Shown here piece after piece: positions 11,746 through 24,359 of a stretch of 64,000 bases of DNA. The first letter of the stretch is position 1. Each line of letters begins with the position of its first letter. The notes under the pieces are model-generated. The model was not told the DNA's origin, ran no database searches, and saw only the letters and a list, made by a program, of their open reading frames with translations. This stretch comes from Squalus acanthias (taxonomy: Eukaryota): positions 97,092,001 through 97,156,000 of the forward strand of contig CM059430.1 of the NCBI GenBank assembly GCA_030390025.1, written 5' to 3'. The translations under genes were made by a program, and so were the position numbers.

Positions 11746-13377
11746 TATTTATTAGATCACCGGCAAAATGGCCACGCCAGAAAACCGAATGTGTTCAAAT
11801 GGTGATAACTTGATAACTGACAGCACCTTCCAGGACTTTAGAAAGTACCAATGCTAGCGCAATAGGGATTTCAGGGCAAGAGGAATGACCATTCTTAGGG
11901 ATAGGGTGAACATTTCTAAAGAGAAGGAAAGGTGGAGAGGGAAGCAAGAAATATTGAAATGATACACAGGATGAGGTTAAATTAGGAGGCACACATCTTG
12001 AGGGTGATGCAAGGGAAACTATTGGATCTTACTGGTGTCCAAAAAGGTAGAGCAACCAAAAGAGCTGGTAGAGATTAAACTGAATATTGGGCATAATGTT
12101 GGAACAGAATGGAGCAATGCAACAATCTTTTTCTCTTGCCAATTTTCTCCATCCCTTCCTCAAGGTTGATTGCTTGCTAGGGTCTAGCTCCATGGGTGCT
12201 ATTTACCCTCCAGTAACTCACCCACCCAAGTGGTCATTCTTCATGTGTGAGTCTTGACAAGCAACCAGTTCAGTCCTGGGGATATCATAGCAGAGCCCAG
12301 TCTCATCTTCATCTGATGTCTACAGGTGCACTTTCAGCATGCAAGCAACCAGAAGTGGGAACCCTAACTGATTTCCCTCTCCATAAACCAGGGCCACTGT
12401 GGTCAATTGAAGGGCACTTAGCACCATACCAGCTAACTTAATACAAATCAAGGGTTGAACATGGACTCAATCACAGTGGAAACAAAGCAGAAAAGTGCAC
12501 CAAAAAGATCAACTTTCTCAAAGAGAACAGCTGAACCATTAGGGCAGATGATGGATGGATTCATATAATCCAAGGGACAGCTTTGGCCAGGGACCAAAAT
12601 GACCAGCTGCTAGAGGAGCAAGACAACAGCAATTGACACTTCTGTTCAATACAATTGCGAGCTGCAGTAGTGGATTTGCAGAAGTTGGGAGTCGAGATGA
12701 CATTGGCTCAGAATGCTTCACATTAATCAAGATGTCAGATGGAATGGCAGCATTTTTACTAGAGAAGAATGCCACACGAACCAAGATACAGTATCAGATC
12801 TGATGGGAGGGGAAGAGTGAGTTATGAAACCTTTCATTCCAACTAAAATAGCTTCACTGCCACAGAGAGAATAATCAGAAGAGTGAAAGCAGCAGATGGG
12901 CCAGGGAGCAGCAAAAAATTCTTGAACACCGTTCCAGTGGCTAAGTAATTGGAGCCAATTTTGCAAGGTAATGCTAGATAAGTACATGAGGGAGAAAGGA
13001 ATGCAAGGATATGCTGATAGGGTGAGGTGTGGAGGGGTGGGAGGAGGCTGGTGTGGCGCATAAACGCCGTCATAGACCAGTTGTGCCAAAAGGCTTGTTT
13101 CTGTGCTGTACATTTTATGTAAGTTGAGGCCTTCGGTGCAGTCTTGGTTGATGGGAGTGCCGATTGAAGAATCAGGGCACAAAGGTCAGTTTACCAGATT
13201 CACGATCATAATGATTGGGAGACTGGGGGGCAATGGATCTCACGCCTCATTCTTTGATCCATGCACCCACTGGGTGAGACGTTATCACCAAAAGCCTCGC
13301 CTCAGAACTGATTGTGCCAAGCAAGAAGGGACTGTACAGAGTTTTATGTCATTTGTTCAGGTGATTAATTTGCCTAC

Positions 13378-13523
13378 CTCCCAGTCAGAGTCTTTTCCTC
13401 GGAACTGAACTTCATATTCCAGACAGTGAGGCTTGATTTTGCCAGCAGGCGGTTCCCATTGGACATAAATGATATCTGTTCTTGATAAGGTCAAGTTGAC
13501 CTCGTCTGGAGCTGCTGTCTTAA
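13378..13523 (-). CDS. IL13RA2: IL13RA2 coding exon 6
   Basis: VKTAAPDEVNLTLSRTDIIYVQWEPPAGKIKPHCLEYEVQFRGKDSDWE; 146 nt, AG/GT, phase 1 to 0. Confidence 0.93.
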
Positions 13524-13659
13524 CTGAAAATGCAACAATTGCACTTCATGAGTACAACCACAAGCGTCTATTCAATGCAAGTTAAACATCTATGAGGCCA
13601 TTCAATATGACTGAATAATGTTTGATGATGTTAAATTACATTCATTTAGTATTTAGCTT

Positions 13660-14620
13660 GTAGGAATCCTCACCCTCCCAACAGAACTTATTGACCCAGG
13701 ACAATGTACCTGCAGTTCTGTGAGGAGCAGTGCATAAGGAAGCTGTGCTTCTTTAGGGAAGCTGTCACCTCCTGCAACAAGACCTACAACCAGCTGTCAC
13801 AGCTAGCACAGTATTGCATGTTGTAGTCAAGGTCAAGGTAGCTCTCAACTGTGCCTCCGGCTCCTTTCAGGCTTAGTAACATCCATAGGTCTGCAGTCCA
13901 TGCTTGCACTAAGCAGGTGACTGATGCCATGTTTGCCAGAGCAAACACTTTCATCACTTTCCCTGTGGACAAACGGAAGCAGCAGGATAGGGCTCTGGGG
14001 TTCTCACAGATTACAGGCTTCCCCCAAGCCCAAGGCCTCAGTGACTATACCCATGTCATCCTCACACAATCCCACTGCCTTCATGAATTGCAAGAGCTTC
14101 CACTCAATTAATGTGCAACTGGTGTGTGCCTGCTTTTCTGGCAGCTGTCACAATGCTTTTACCTTGTGCTAATCCTCCATCTCCCCACTCTTTACCCCTG
14201 CACACTTGGCTTATGATTTCTCCCAGAAACCAATGCTCGGTGGCCGAACTACAATCAGATCCACGGCTCATCTACAACTCTCACCGAACAGGCCTTTGGA
14301 GTCCTCAAGCAATGATTTCTCTACCTGGACCAGTCTGGTGGCTTCCTGCAATACAGCCATTGTGATTGGAGGAGAGCCATGGGAAGCGGTTTGAAAAATG
14401 CACCTCCCTTTAAGGGGCAGCCGTCCTCCACCGGATTTCTCCTACTCTCAATTGGCGTGCTGCCTCTAAGGAGCACAATCAGAGTGGGCAGCTCGCCTTT
14501 TCAATGTTAATGAAATCCAACCACAAAAATCGATTAGGCCTCCCTTTGAATTCATCAAGCAGGCAGAATAGACACTCACCCACATTCACCCAATATACGT
14601 CTGAAACGAAAATTACCCCC
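13660..14620 (+). mobile_element. decayed PIF/Harbinger transposase
   Basis: Frameshifted HARBI1-like peptide: SAVHACTKQVTDAMFARANTFITFP..GFPQAQG..DYTHV..FMNCKSFHSINVQLVC; TIR-like end GAAAATTACCCCC. Confidence 0.78.
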
Positions 14621-15223
14621 TACTTCTATAAATAATTATTGTTTTGGAGTTCCTGGTGTAAACAAGAGAGAACATCGATGTGGTAAGCACCCCCTTTGCA
14701 ACTAGAAGTGTTGGCTGAGGGACGAACGTTGACCAGGATACCAGGAGAACTTTCTGCTCCTCTTCAAGTAGTGCTTGGGGGATCTGCTGTAGATGGGAAA
14801 TGCACTATTCGTAAAGTTTTTTCCAATATTAATGTAGATACATTTACATAATTTTCTGTAAAAAAAAACCAATTTGGTTGCCCCAAAGATAAAGTGAGTA
14901 AATGCAGCACTTATATGTTGTACAGACCAGGAAAATTCTATGTTCATTTGCTGGTTTACATCAAGTTAGCTGCTCTCACCCAGGGTGCCAGCTAAGGTCC
15001 AATAACTGGGTTTAGCAGCCCTGCGCTAGGTCAAATCAGTGTCAAATGATCCTTGAAATCATACATGAAGACAGATGAGATGAGGCATTAGTGGTTATTT
15101 GGGTGTGGTGCTTAAGGTTTGTTAATACTTGCAGAAATGCAATCAGCATGAATCACTGCCTTCAAGATAGCAGTACAAAGTGAAAAATAAAATGCTTTCT
15201 TTAAAAGGTATAAGCTCATTTAC

Positions 15224-15408
15224 CTAGATCCTGAAGCTGTAACGTGTAGTATGCTGGTCTCACCGGCCCCATTTCTGAGGAGCCATTTATGTAGATGTTG
15301 AAATCACTGAACTCGATGAGATCGTCACTGTGAAAATGGCAGCCAACACTACGCCCCTGATTTTTAATGTAACTATTACACTCCACTGCTTGCTCCAGCT
15401 CTTTATGC
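15224..15408 (-). CDS. IL13RA2: IL13RA2 coding exon 5
   Basis: HKELEQAVECNSYIKNQGRSVGCHFHSDDLIEFSDFNIYINGSSEMGPVRPAYYTLQLQDL aligns with recalled human YEGLDHALQCVDYIKADGQNIGCRF..VNGSSENKPIRSSYFTFQLQNI; 185 nt. Confidence 0.95.
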
Positions 15409-16058
15409 CTGTTAATATTTAAAAGTTCATTACTTGCAGTAGAGTTCACTGCAATATAACAGTATACAATAATCCTACTAGTTTCCATGTGCACTATTTT
15501 CTGGCAAGCAGGCCTTTCTATAAAAATTTAAAATGGTAATTTTAATTCAAAACAGTGAGCTGCTTCCATATTTTGATTCTGTTGCATACATTTTTAATGA
15601 ATCATTTCTGTTTGGCAATTTTAGCGGCGATCTACTAAGTACTGTGTACGTTCCTTCGGTTTTCTCAAATTGGCACATAAAACATCAACCAGGCCACCCT
15701 TTCTAAAACAAAAAATGTTGCACCACTGAATTTGTTCATATTAGATGATTAGTTAAAAATGTCCTTTTAATTTTAAAGTGGCTATTTTTAAATTGGTATA
15801 TATTTTCTTATATTTCCCCACAGCAACACAGGGGGAGCACTTTAACTCACAAGATGTTGTCTCAGACACACTTCCTCTTTAATTATAAATGTCCATTGAT
15901 ATAATATAAGGTCAACAACATGGATCATATTTCATTTGGTATATTAATAAATGGAGTAATTCTGTGTTCCTTTTTGATGCCTGTGACATCTTGTGTCAGT
16001 ATACTTCCCTTTACATGACGCTACTATTTTATTGAGCTGTCAGTGTTGTCGTACATAC

Positions 16059-16178
16059 CAATAATGGAGTGTGTAATTGACATCATGTGGAGCACGAGTT
16101 CCTTTCTGCCATATACAGTCCATATATTCATGGTTGTAAACTATGCATTGTAAGTCCCTAACTTTGAGTCTGCATGTC
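16059..16178 (-). CDS. IL13RA2: IL13RA2 coding exon 4 (1-nt frameshift as assembled)
   Basis: GHADS(K)/VRDLQCIVYNHEYMDCIWQKGTRAPHDVNYTLHYW; 120 nt between AG and GT where 121 is required; frame break at ~16163-16165. Confidence 0.88.
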
Positions 16179-16335
16179 CTTTGAGGAAAGAGAAAACATT
16201 ATTTGTTATATCTAGCATGCAAAGGTATGCATTGACAGGGGAATTAAAAACAGTTCATTGTTCTCTTTGAAACATGCCCAATTGGCTCGCTACATTCTAT
16301 TCATAGTATTAAGCTGCCTGGTAGATATAAGAGTT

Positions 16336-18955
16336 CACCCTCCTCTGCATGGCAGAACTTGTTCTCACATTGAACAACAACTTATTTGAGTTCATTCACT
16401 TCCTCCAAATTAAAGGTGTTGCTATGGGAACCCGCATAGGTCCTAGCTATGCCTGCCTTTTTGTGGGATATGTGAAATATTCTTTGTTCCAGTCCTACTT
16501 AGGTCCCTTCCCTCACCTCATTTCCTACTCTCGCCCTGAACTAGAAAATTTCATTCACTTTGCTTCCAATTTCAACCCTGTCCTCACCTTCACATGGTCC
16601 ATCTCCGACTCTTCTGTTTTCATTTCTGGGGATAGGCTATCGACAAACATCCACTATAAGTCCACTGACTTCCACAGCTACCTGGACTACACTTCCTCCC
16701 ACCCCTCTTCCTGCAAGGACTCTATTCCACTCTCCCAGTTTCTCTGTCTCCGTCGCATCTGTTCGGACGATGCCATCTTCCATACTAGTGCTTCCGATAT
16801 GTCTTCCTTTTTCCTCAACCGAGGATTCCCCCAACCGTGGTTGACATGGCCCTCGACGTGTCCATTCCACTTCCCGCACTTTTGCTCTAACCCCTTCCCC
16901 TCCCTCCCAGGACCACGATAGGGTTCCCCTTGTCCTCACCTTTCACCCCACCAGCCTCCACATTCAACAGATCATCCTCCACCATTTCTGCCACATCCAG
17001 CGTGATCCCACCGCCAAACACATCTTCCCCTCACCTCCTCTTTCAGCATTCTGAAGGGACCGCTCCCTCCGCGACACCCTGGTCCACTCCTCAAGCACCC
17101 CCAACGCCTCTTCCCCTTTCCACAACACCCTTCCCGTGCAAGCGCAGGCGATGCAACACCTGCCCTTTTACATCCTCCCTTCCCACTGTCCAGAGCCCCA
17201 AACACTCCTTCCAGGTGAAACAGCGATTTACTTGTACTTCTTGCAATTTAGTATACTGTATTCACTGCTCACGATGCGATCTCCTCTACAATAGGGAGAC
17301 CAAACGCAGATTGGGTGACCGTTCTGCGAAACACCTCCATTCAGTCCGTAAGTGTGACCCCGAGCTTCCGATCGCCTGTCACTTTAATTCTCCACTTCAC
17401 TCCCACTCTGACCTCTCTGTCCTTGGCCTCTTACACTGTTCCAATGAAGCTCAACGCAAGCTCGAGGAACAGCACCTCATCTTTCAATTAGGCACTTTAT
17501 AGCCTTCTGAACTCAACATCAAGTTCAACAATTTCAGACCATAACCTCTGCCCCTATTTTTTTTTTTACATGGCTGCTGTTGATGATTCTGCCATTCCCA
17601 TTTACACCTCTTCTAGACTCATCTTTTGTTGAAACAGAGAGTATTGGTGAATGGTTGTTTATCGGACGGGAGGAAGGTATACAGTGCTGTTCCCCAGGGG
17701 TCGGTGCTAGGACCACTGCTTTTCTTGATATATATTAATGACTTGGACTTGGGTATAGAGGGCACAATTTCTGAATTTGCAGATGAGACATAACTTGGAA
17801 GTATAGTCAACAGTGAGGAGGATAGTGATAGACTTCAAGAGGACATAAACAGGCTGGTGGAATGGGTGGACACGTGGCAGATGAAATTTAACGCAGGAAA
17901 GTGCAAAGTGATACATTTTGGTAGGAAAAATGAGGAGAGGCAATATAAACTAAAGGGTACAATTCTAAAGGGGGTGCATGAACAGAGACCGGGGGTATAT
18001 GTGCACAAATTGTTGAAGGTAGCAGGGCAGGTTGAGAAAGCAGTTAAAAAAGCATACGGGATCCTGGGCTTTATAAATAGGGGCATGGAGTACAAAATCA
18101 AGGAAGTTATGATGAACTTTTATGAAACACTGGTTCGGCCTCAACTGGAGTATTGTGTCCAATTCTGGGTACTGCACTTTAGGAAGGATGTGAAGGCTTT
18201 AGAGAGGGTGCAGAGAAGTTTTACAAGAATGGTTCCAAGGATGAGGGACTTCAGTTACGTGGATAGACTGGAGAAGCTGGGGTTGTTCTCCTTAGAGCAG
18301 AGAAGATTGAGAGGAGATTTGATAAAGGTGTTCAAAATCAAGGGGGGTCTCGACAGAGACAAACTGTTCCCATTGATGGAAGGGTCGAGAACCAGAGGAC
18401 ACAGATTTAAGGTGATTGACAAAAGAACCAAAGGCAACATGAGGAAAAACTTTTTTACTCAGCGAGTGGTTAGGATCTGGAATGCACTGCCTGAAAAAAT
18501 GGAGGCAGATTCAATCGTGGCTTTTAAAAGGGAATTAGATAAGGAAAACATTTTGCAGGGCTATGGGGAAAGGCAGGAGAGTGGGACTAGCTGAAGTGCT
18601 CTTGCAGAGAGCCGGCATGGGCTTGACAGGCCGAATGGCCTCCTTCTTTGCTGTAACCATTCTATGATTCTATTCTATGATTCTTTACTTGTCCCATTAC
18701 CATCTCCTTTTGCTTTGTACTATCATCCCTTTTGTCATTTAATCACTCCTGCCTTCCATCCTATCACAGACCTTCCCTTTTGTTCTTTCCTCCCCTCCAC
18801 CCTCTCCCTGCCCCTGCACTTGCTTAAAAATCTGTTACATCTCTAACTTTTTCCAGTTCTGACGAAAGGTCATCGACCTGAAACGTTAACTCTGTTTCTT
18901 TTTCCACAGATGCTGCCTGACCAGCTGAGTATTTCCAACATTTTCTGTTTTTATA
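16336..18955 (+). mobile_element. Penelope-like element (RT + GIY-YIG), 5'-truncated, interrupted by a CR1
   Basis: GVAMGTRIGPSYA RT motif; CKRRRCNTC and VYCIHC..ETKRRLGDR GIY-YIG motifs; terminal hammerhead at ~18855-18892. Confidence 0.9.
17630..18679 (+). mobile_element. CR1 LINE 3' part nested in the PLE
   Basis: VPQGSVLGP, WQMKFNAGKCKVIHFG, RPQLEYCVQFW; (TTCTATGA)-type tail; PLE sequence resumes on both sides. Confidence 0.93.
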
Positions 18956-19011
18956 TTATATAATAATAGGATGTGCATTCTAAACAGTCTAGTTTCATTG
19001 GCTTTACTCAG

Positions 19012-19764
19012 TGGGCCAGAAATTCGGGTCTCTACGGGTGAGTACGCGCTGTGTACTCACCCGTAGACCCAACAAAAGTGCTGGTTTCGCGCATGCACTG
19101 CGCATGCGCTGGAAACCGGAACTTCCGTTCCCTTGAAGGAAGGGGTTCGGAGGTCAAACGCGTGCGCCGGAGAGGCAGCGCGTACGCCTGGAACTTCCGG
19201 GTTTTTTTCAGATTTCTCCATGAGGGTAAGTCCCTAGCAGCTGCGCGTTGAAAAAGCAGGTGCAAGGCTTGTTTTTAACAAGGTAAGTGGTGAATTAAGT
19301 AAAATTTAAACATTTTTTCCACAGGTTTATCTTTTTTAAATACTTTAAAGAAAGGTAAGTTTATTTTTAGCCCCGTTAAAAACTGTAAGTAATTTTTTCA
19401 AAAATTTTAATTTTTGTTTAAAATAGTTAATTTATGTAATTTATAGTTATTTTAAAAATGTGATGGTTTTTTTTTAAATTTATTTGAAGTTTTAGTTAGG
19501 TTTTGGGGCCGATCTCTATTCATAGATTTGACAGGTCTTCCTGTCAAATCTATGAATGGAGATTCCCTGCTCCGATTGGCTCTCCATGGCCCACGTGATC
19601 CCAGGGGACGCTTCGAACAAACTGCGCCCCTGGGATACGCGAGCACTGCGCGCGGCAGCTGGAGGAGGCCCAGGATCAGAATCAGCACAATGGCAGGTGC
19701 ACTAGGTAAGTGCAGGTTGGGGGCTTGCACCCGCGGGAAGCCTCCAACCCGAATTTCTGGCCCA
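19012..19764. mobile_element. MITE with 18-bp TIRs
   Basis: TGGGCCAGAAATTCGGGT (19012-19029) / ACCCGAATTTCTGGCCCA (19747-19764); internal similarity to 3401-4032. Confidence 0.85.
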
Positions 19765-19799
19765 ATATTATGTCTATGGAAGCAGCAAGCAGAAATGAA

Positions 19800-20260
19800 T
19801 GAAAGAAAGAACAACTGAATTTATACAGCGCCTTCGTGACCGCGGGACGCCCCAAAGCACTTTACAGCCAACGAAGTGCTTTTGAAGTGTAGTCACTGTT
19901 GTAATGTAGGAAACACGGTAGCCAATTTGCGCACAGCAAGGTCTCACAATGAAATAAATGACCAGATAATCTGTTTTACTAGTGTTAGTTGAGGGATAAG
20001 TATCGGTTAGGGCACTGGGAGAACTCTCCTGCTCTTCTTTGAATAGTGCCAAGTGATCTTTTACATGCACCAGAGAGGGCAGACGGGGCCTCGGTTTAAC
20101 GTCTCATCTGAAAGACGGCACCTCAGACAGTGGAACTCGGCCTCAGTACTGCACTGAAATGTCAGCCTGCATTATGCGTTCAAATTTCTTGAGTGGGACT
20201 TGAACCCCCAACCTTCTGACTCAGGCGAGACTGCAACCACCGAGTCAAGACTGACACCTT
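19800..20260 (-). mobile_element. Deu-domain SINE
   Basis: Reverse complement of the 10780 family, including B box and Deu core. Confidence 0.85.
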
Positions 20261-20471
20261 AAAGAATCACTTACTCCAAGGCATTCTGTGAGGACAGGAA
20301 ATTAAGAAAACAGGAAGTTAACTAGTGTTGCTTTTAATGAACCTTAGACAAGCAAAGAAGAGAGCTAGGAGGGCCAGGATAGATAATATATTAAGAAGCC
20401 TTTTTTCCCCATGACCAACCAAGTCCATAAATTTCTATTTCCTGCTCACTCCACCCTCATTTCAGACACTC

Positions 20472-21296
20472 AGAGCTGGATTTTACCGTAGATCTGGAGG
20501 TCGAGGCGGGACTGCTGGTTTTCGGGTTTCAGTCCCGCCCCCAGCAACGTCTGACGAATATACGCTATTTTGCCCTGATTGGTCTTGTTAAGCCCACCCT
20601 GCAGGCTTGCCGACCAATTAAGGGAAAGCTGGTGTCAGATGATGTCAGTGCATGACGCTTCATCTGCCGATTTTGTTAAAGTGACAGGCACCATAATTTT
20701 TTGACAGATGAATTGTCAGTGTTTGACAGCATTGAGGTGCTGTCAAACACTGACTATCAATGTCCAAAAGTGAGCCCTTGCAACCAGGCTCTCCAATGAC
20801 TCTCTCCTTAGGAGAAAACAGATGGCAGCTGCATGTGAGATTGCAGAAGCCATCTGTCAATTCTTCCAATCGGATGAGGCTTCACAGAAACATCAAATCT
20901 TGTCACCTGCAGATACATATAAACAGAATAAATATATTTCTCATTACATTCTCTCACCTGTCTTACTTACCTGTGCACCATTGCACCCATCACACTACCT
21001 CTGCAGCTGTCATTTGCACACTTACACTGCAGCAGACCCACAGCTCGCCTCGCTGACCCTAGCGGGGGTTTCCCGCCATCGGGAAGCCCGCATCAGCAGG
21101 CGGGAAATGGTGGAAAGCCTCTAATCCCCTTCCCGCTGCTAGGAGACGGGTCCTTGTGCGAGTCGGGGACCCACGTCCTGGGAAGATGGTTCGGAGGCGG
21201 GTTGGGAGCGGGGTTGGGACCCGCTCCCAATTTTTTCCATTTTCCCAGCAGTCCCGTCTCCAAATCCACCTCCTCAGGGCTGGGAAAATTCCCCCC
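20472..21296. mobile_element. MITE-like element related to 4834-5591
   Basis: Begins GAGCTGGATTTT and ends AAAATTCCCCC; GC-rich subterminal blocks and internal short inverted repeats. Confidence 0.55.
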
Positions 21297-21319
21297 TAAG
21301 TGTGAGGAGCTCATGATTT

Positions 21320-22570
21320 CTTTGAGACCAAGATCAAGGCCATCCATGCACCTGCCCCTGCTGTATTTCTCCCCTTCCTCTCCACTCAGGTCCCAGCTCC
21401 ACTGAACTCTAGTCCTGTTCTGTCCCACTTCCCTGCCTCCACCCTCTCCAAATTCATCTCGTCCACAAGACCAATGATGTCTTGACCCCTTCCCTACTCA
21501 ACTCCTCTTCCTGGCCATGTTGATATCGTTAAAAGTTCCTTCTTCTTAATCACCAACTCTTTCCCCTTCAAAACTGTTGTTCCCATCCCTTTTCTCAAAA
21601 ATCCCACCCAACCCTTCCGATCTCACCAACTGCCAGCGCCTCTCCAATCTCCCATCATCCTTTTCTCTCTAAAGTCCTCAAATGCATCATCACCTCCCAG
21701 CCCCATGCCCACCTTCCCCGAAACTCTCTCTTTTAACTTCCAGTCTGGCTTCCGTCCTTCTCCAAATACTGAACTGCCCCTAACCAAAGTTACATACAAC
21801 ATTCTTGAGATTGTGATCATGATACATTATCCCACCTCATCCTCTTTACATGGGTAGCCAACTCATTGTCCTCCAACACCTTTATCTCTCGGCTCCATGG
21901 AACTACCCTCACATGGTTCCAGTTCTACCTGTGCAAAAACATGGCTATTACATCTCCAGCATCAGCTATTCTTCTCTCCATTGCACCAAACCTTTAAAGT
22001 CCCCTAAGGATCTAACCTCGACCCTTCATCTTCCTCAATTACAAGGCTGTCTCTCAGTGATACCATAGATACAGGGTCAGCTTTCACCTGTTCGTTGATG
22101 ACACCCAGCTCCATCACCTCTCTCAGCCCACAATTGTAACGTCAAACTGCTTGTCCGATATCCAGTGCTGGATGAAGTCATAACTTCCTCCAGCTTAACA
22201 TCGGGAAGACCAAAGCAATCTCTTGGCCCCCGTCACAAACTCTGCTCCCTTGTCATTGATTCCACCCCTCTCCCTGACCACCATCAGCCCTATATTCCCC
22301 CCCCACAAACATGACATTCTTCTGACTCCACCTTTTTGTGCAACCCCTCCCTTTGCCCCACCATTGCTATTCTGAGCTTTCAGCTGCCTGGGTCCTACTC
22401 TTTGAAATTCCCTCCTAACCTCTATGACTTGCCATCTTTGAAAAATTTCTCGAAACCCATCTCTTTGACCAAGCAATATTAATTTCTTCCGAACTGGCTG
22501 GGGCATCAGCTTATTGGTGAAGTGCCTTGGGTCAATTTTTAACATTAAAGTGCTATATAAATGCAAGTTG
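21320..22570 (+). mobile_element. decayed L2 LINE
   Basis: C-rich RT remnants (QSGFRP..TE, LQLNIGKTKAI) and 3' end GTGCTATATAAATGCAAGTTG. Confidence 0.7.
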
Positions 22571-23779
22571 TATATAACAAAGCTAGATTTTTGGCTTTGA
22601 AATATTTAACCATGAGATGAGAGTATGGATAACTGGGACAGGTAATTCAAACTCACATCAATGAGTTATAAGTAGAGAAAGTAGAAGTGCTGGACTGGAA
22701 CAGAGGTTTAAAGGAGAATTACAAAGCTTAAAACCTAGCATAACCAACCAAGGTTTAAAACTTTGTTGCATTTTAGTTGATACATCTCTATAGACTCATT
22801 TAGTGTCACATTCACATCAATGATCACAAATGTTACACTAACATTCGAATAAAGACCTCAGACAAACCACACTCGTCCCTGTTCTATCTGGAGTATCTGG
22901 CAGTGAATGCTGCATTAGTTTCAGTCTAACATCAGGAGCTGACAATGCTGCACAGATGCAGAAACCACTGTGTGCTACATCATTTCAATGACACAACACA
23001 TATTAGCACAACTTTTCTCCTATTACATTTACTTACCAGTGCATCTCCAACTTCTCTAGTGTTTGTCTTTCCTTGACCTGGTCGTACTGATTGACCACAC
23101 TCAATGCTCCAATCTCTGTCTATAATTGGGACCACTATAACCAATAATTGCACAAGAATGACACTAATCATGGGAATATGTTTATATGTTTACATCAGTT
23201 TGTGGTGATCCTTCCTCTTCTGGAAGGAGTCAGAGTGTCTGGGCAGTTTAAGCAGCCATCTTCAAAATCTATCCATCAGAGAAGTTGGCTTGTGCCAGTT
23301 AGTAGATATTGAGGAATATAAATTGACCTTCTGTATACAGATGCTAGATCTATGTTGGTCCATAATATTTACCAGTTTGGTTAGAACAGACTCCTGAATG
23401 AATACATTCAAAGTACAGCAGGTCATCTATCTTGGCGGGATGCAAAAGCAGTTGGAGTTCATAATTTGAAAAAAAAATATTCTTGGGACACGGGTGTCAT
23501 TGGCAAGGCCAGAATTTATTGCCCATCCCTCGTTGCCCTTGAGAAGGTGGTGGTGAGCCGCCTTCTTGAATGGCTGCAGTCCATGCGATGAAGGTATTTG
23601 TTTATTTCACTTGTTTATTAAGGAGATTGGAAAAACTGAATATATATCCAGTATTTCATGTTATTTATCTATAAATATAATTACATATTTTATAACTAAT
23701 AAATATCATTAGCATTTATCACTTCACAAAGCAACTGGAGAGAATTGAAACATGATTTCTTGTAGATGTAGTAGTTTAC

Positions 23780-23933
23780 CTTCCATGGGTGGCCAGTATA
23801 CTATTTCAACCCAGTTACTGTGCAGCTCAGTCCCATTTATACATTGTTCTTTTACTAACGTCTGGATTTTCACATTTATTCCCTTGTTGAGGTTAAATCC
23901 ATCAGTGTACTTCAGTTGCCTGGTGATTACACG
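23780..23933 (-). CDS. IL13RA2: IL13RA2 coding exon 3
   Basis: RVITRQLKYTDGFNLNKGINVKIQTLVKEQCINGTELHSNWVEIVYWPPME vs recalled human TIITKNLHYKDGFDLNKGIEAKIHTLLPWQCTNGSEVQSSWAETTYW; 154 nt, phase 0 to 1. Confidence 0.96.
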
Positions 23934-24359
23934 CTGTCAGAAGAAACAAATCCATCACAGTTTAAAAGATTAAAATATTCCCCATTCAACCCTTCTCAAG
24001 AATGGTAGAAGACATTTGAATTTACTGTTCCCATAAATTCAGTTCTTTGTTTAAACCAGAACGGCTGTGAGATTATCCCTTAGGGGGAGGAAGGATCCAA
24101 AACAAATGGAGGATTTTTTCATTTTTCAAGATGAAGAACATCAGTGATAGGGAATGAAAGATTTTCTTTTCCAATTTGGTCCCCCAATGTCACTATCAAA
24201 CACTCCTATGTGAGATATGACACATTCAGCTTCCTTTACCCTGTTCTAACTAGCCTAACTAGTTCCTTAGCTCCAACCTCAGAAGAGAACCCTTTATTGC
24301 ACCAATGTGAATATCTAAACTTCATGCATTAGCCATCCTTTGAGACAAGTTGCCAATTA

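Noticed and set aside
13851-14172. Host HARBI1 gene
   Set aside because: Multiple frameshifts and deletions, intronic location and a TIR-like end indicate a transposon fossil
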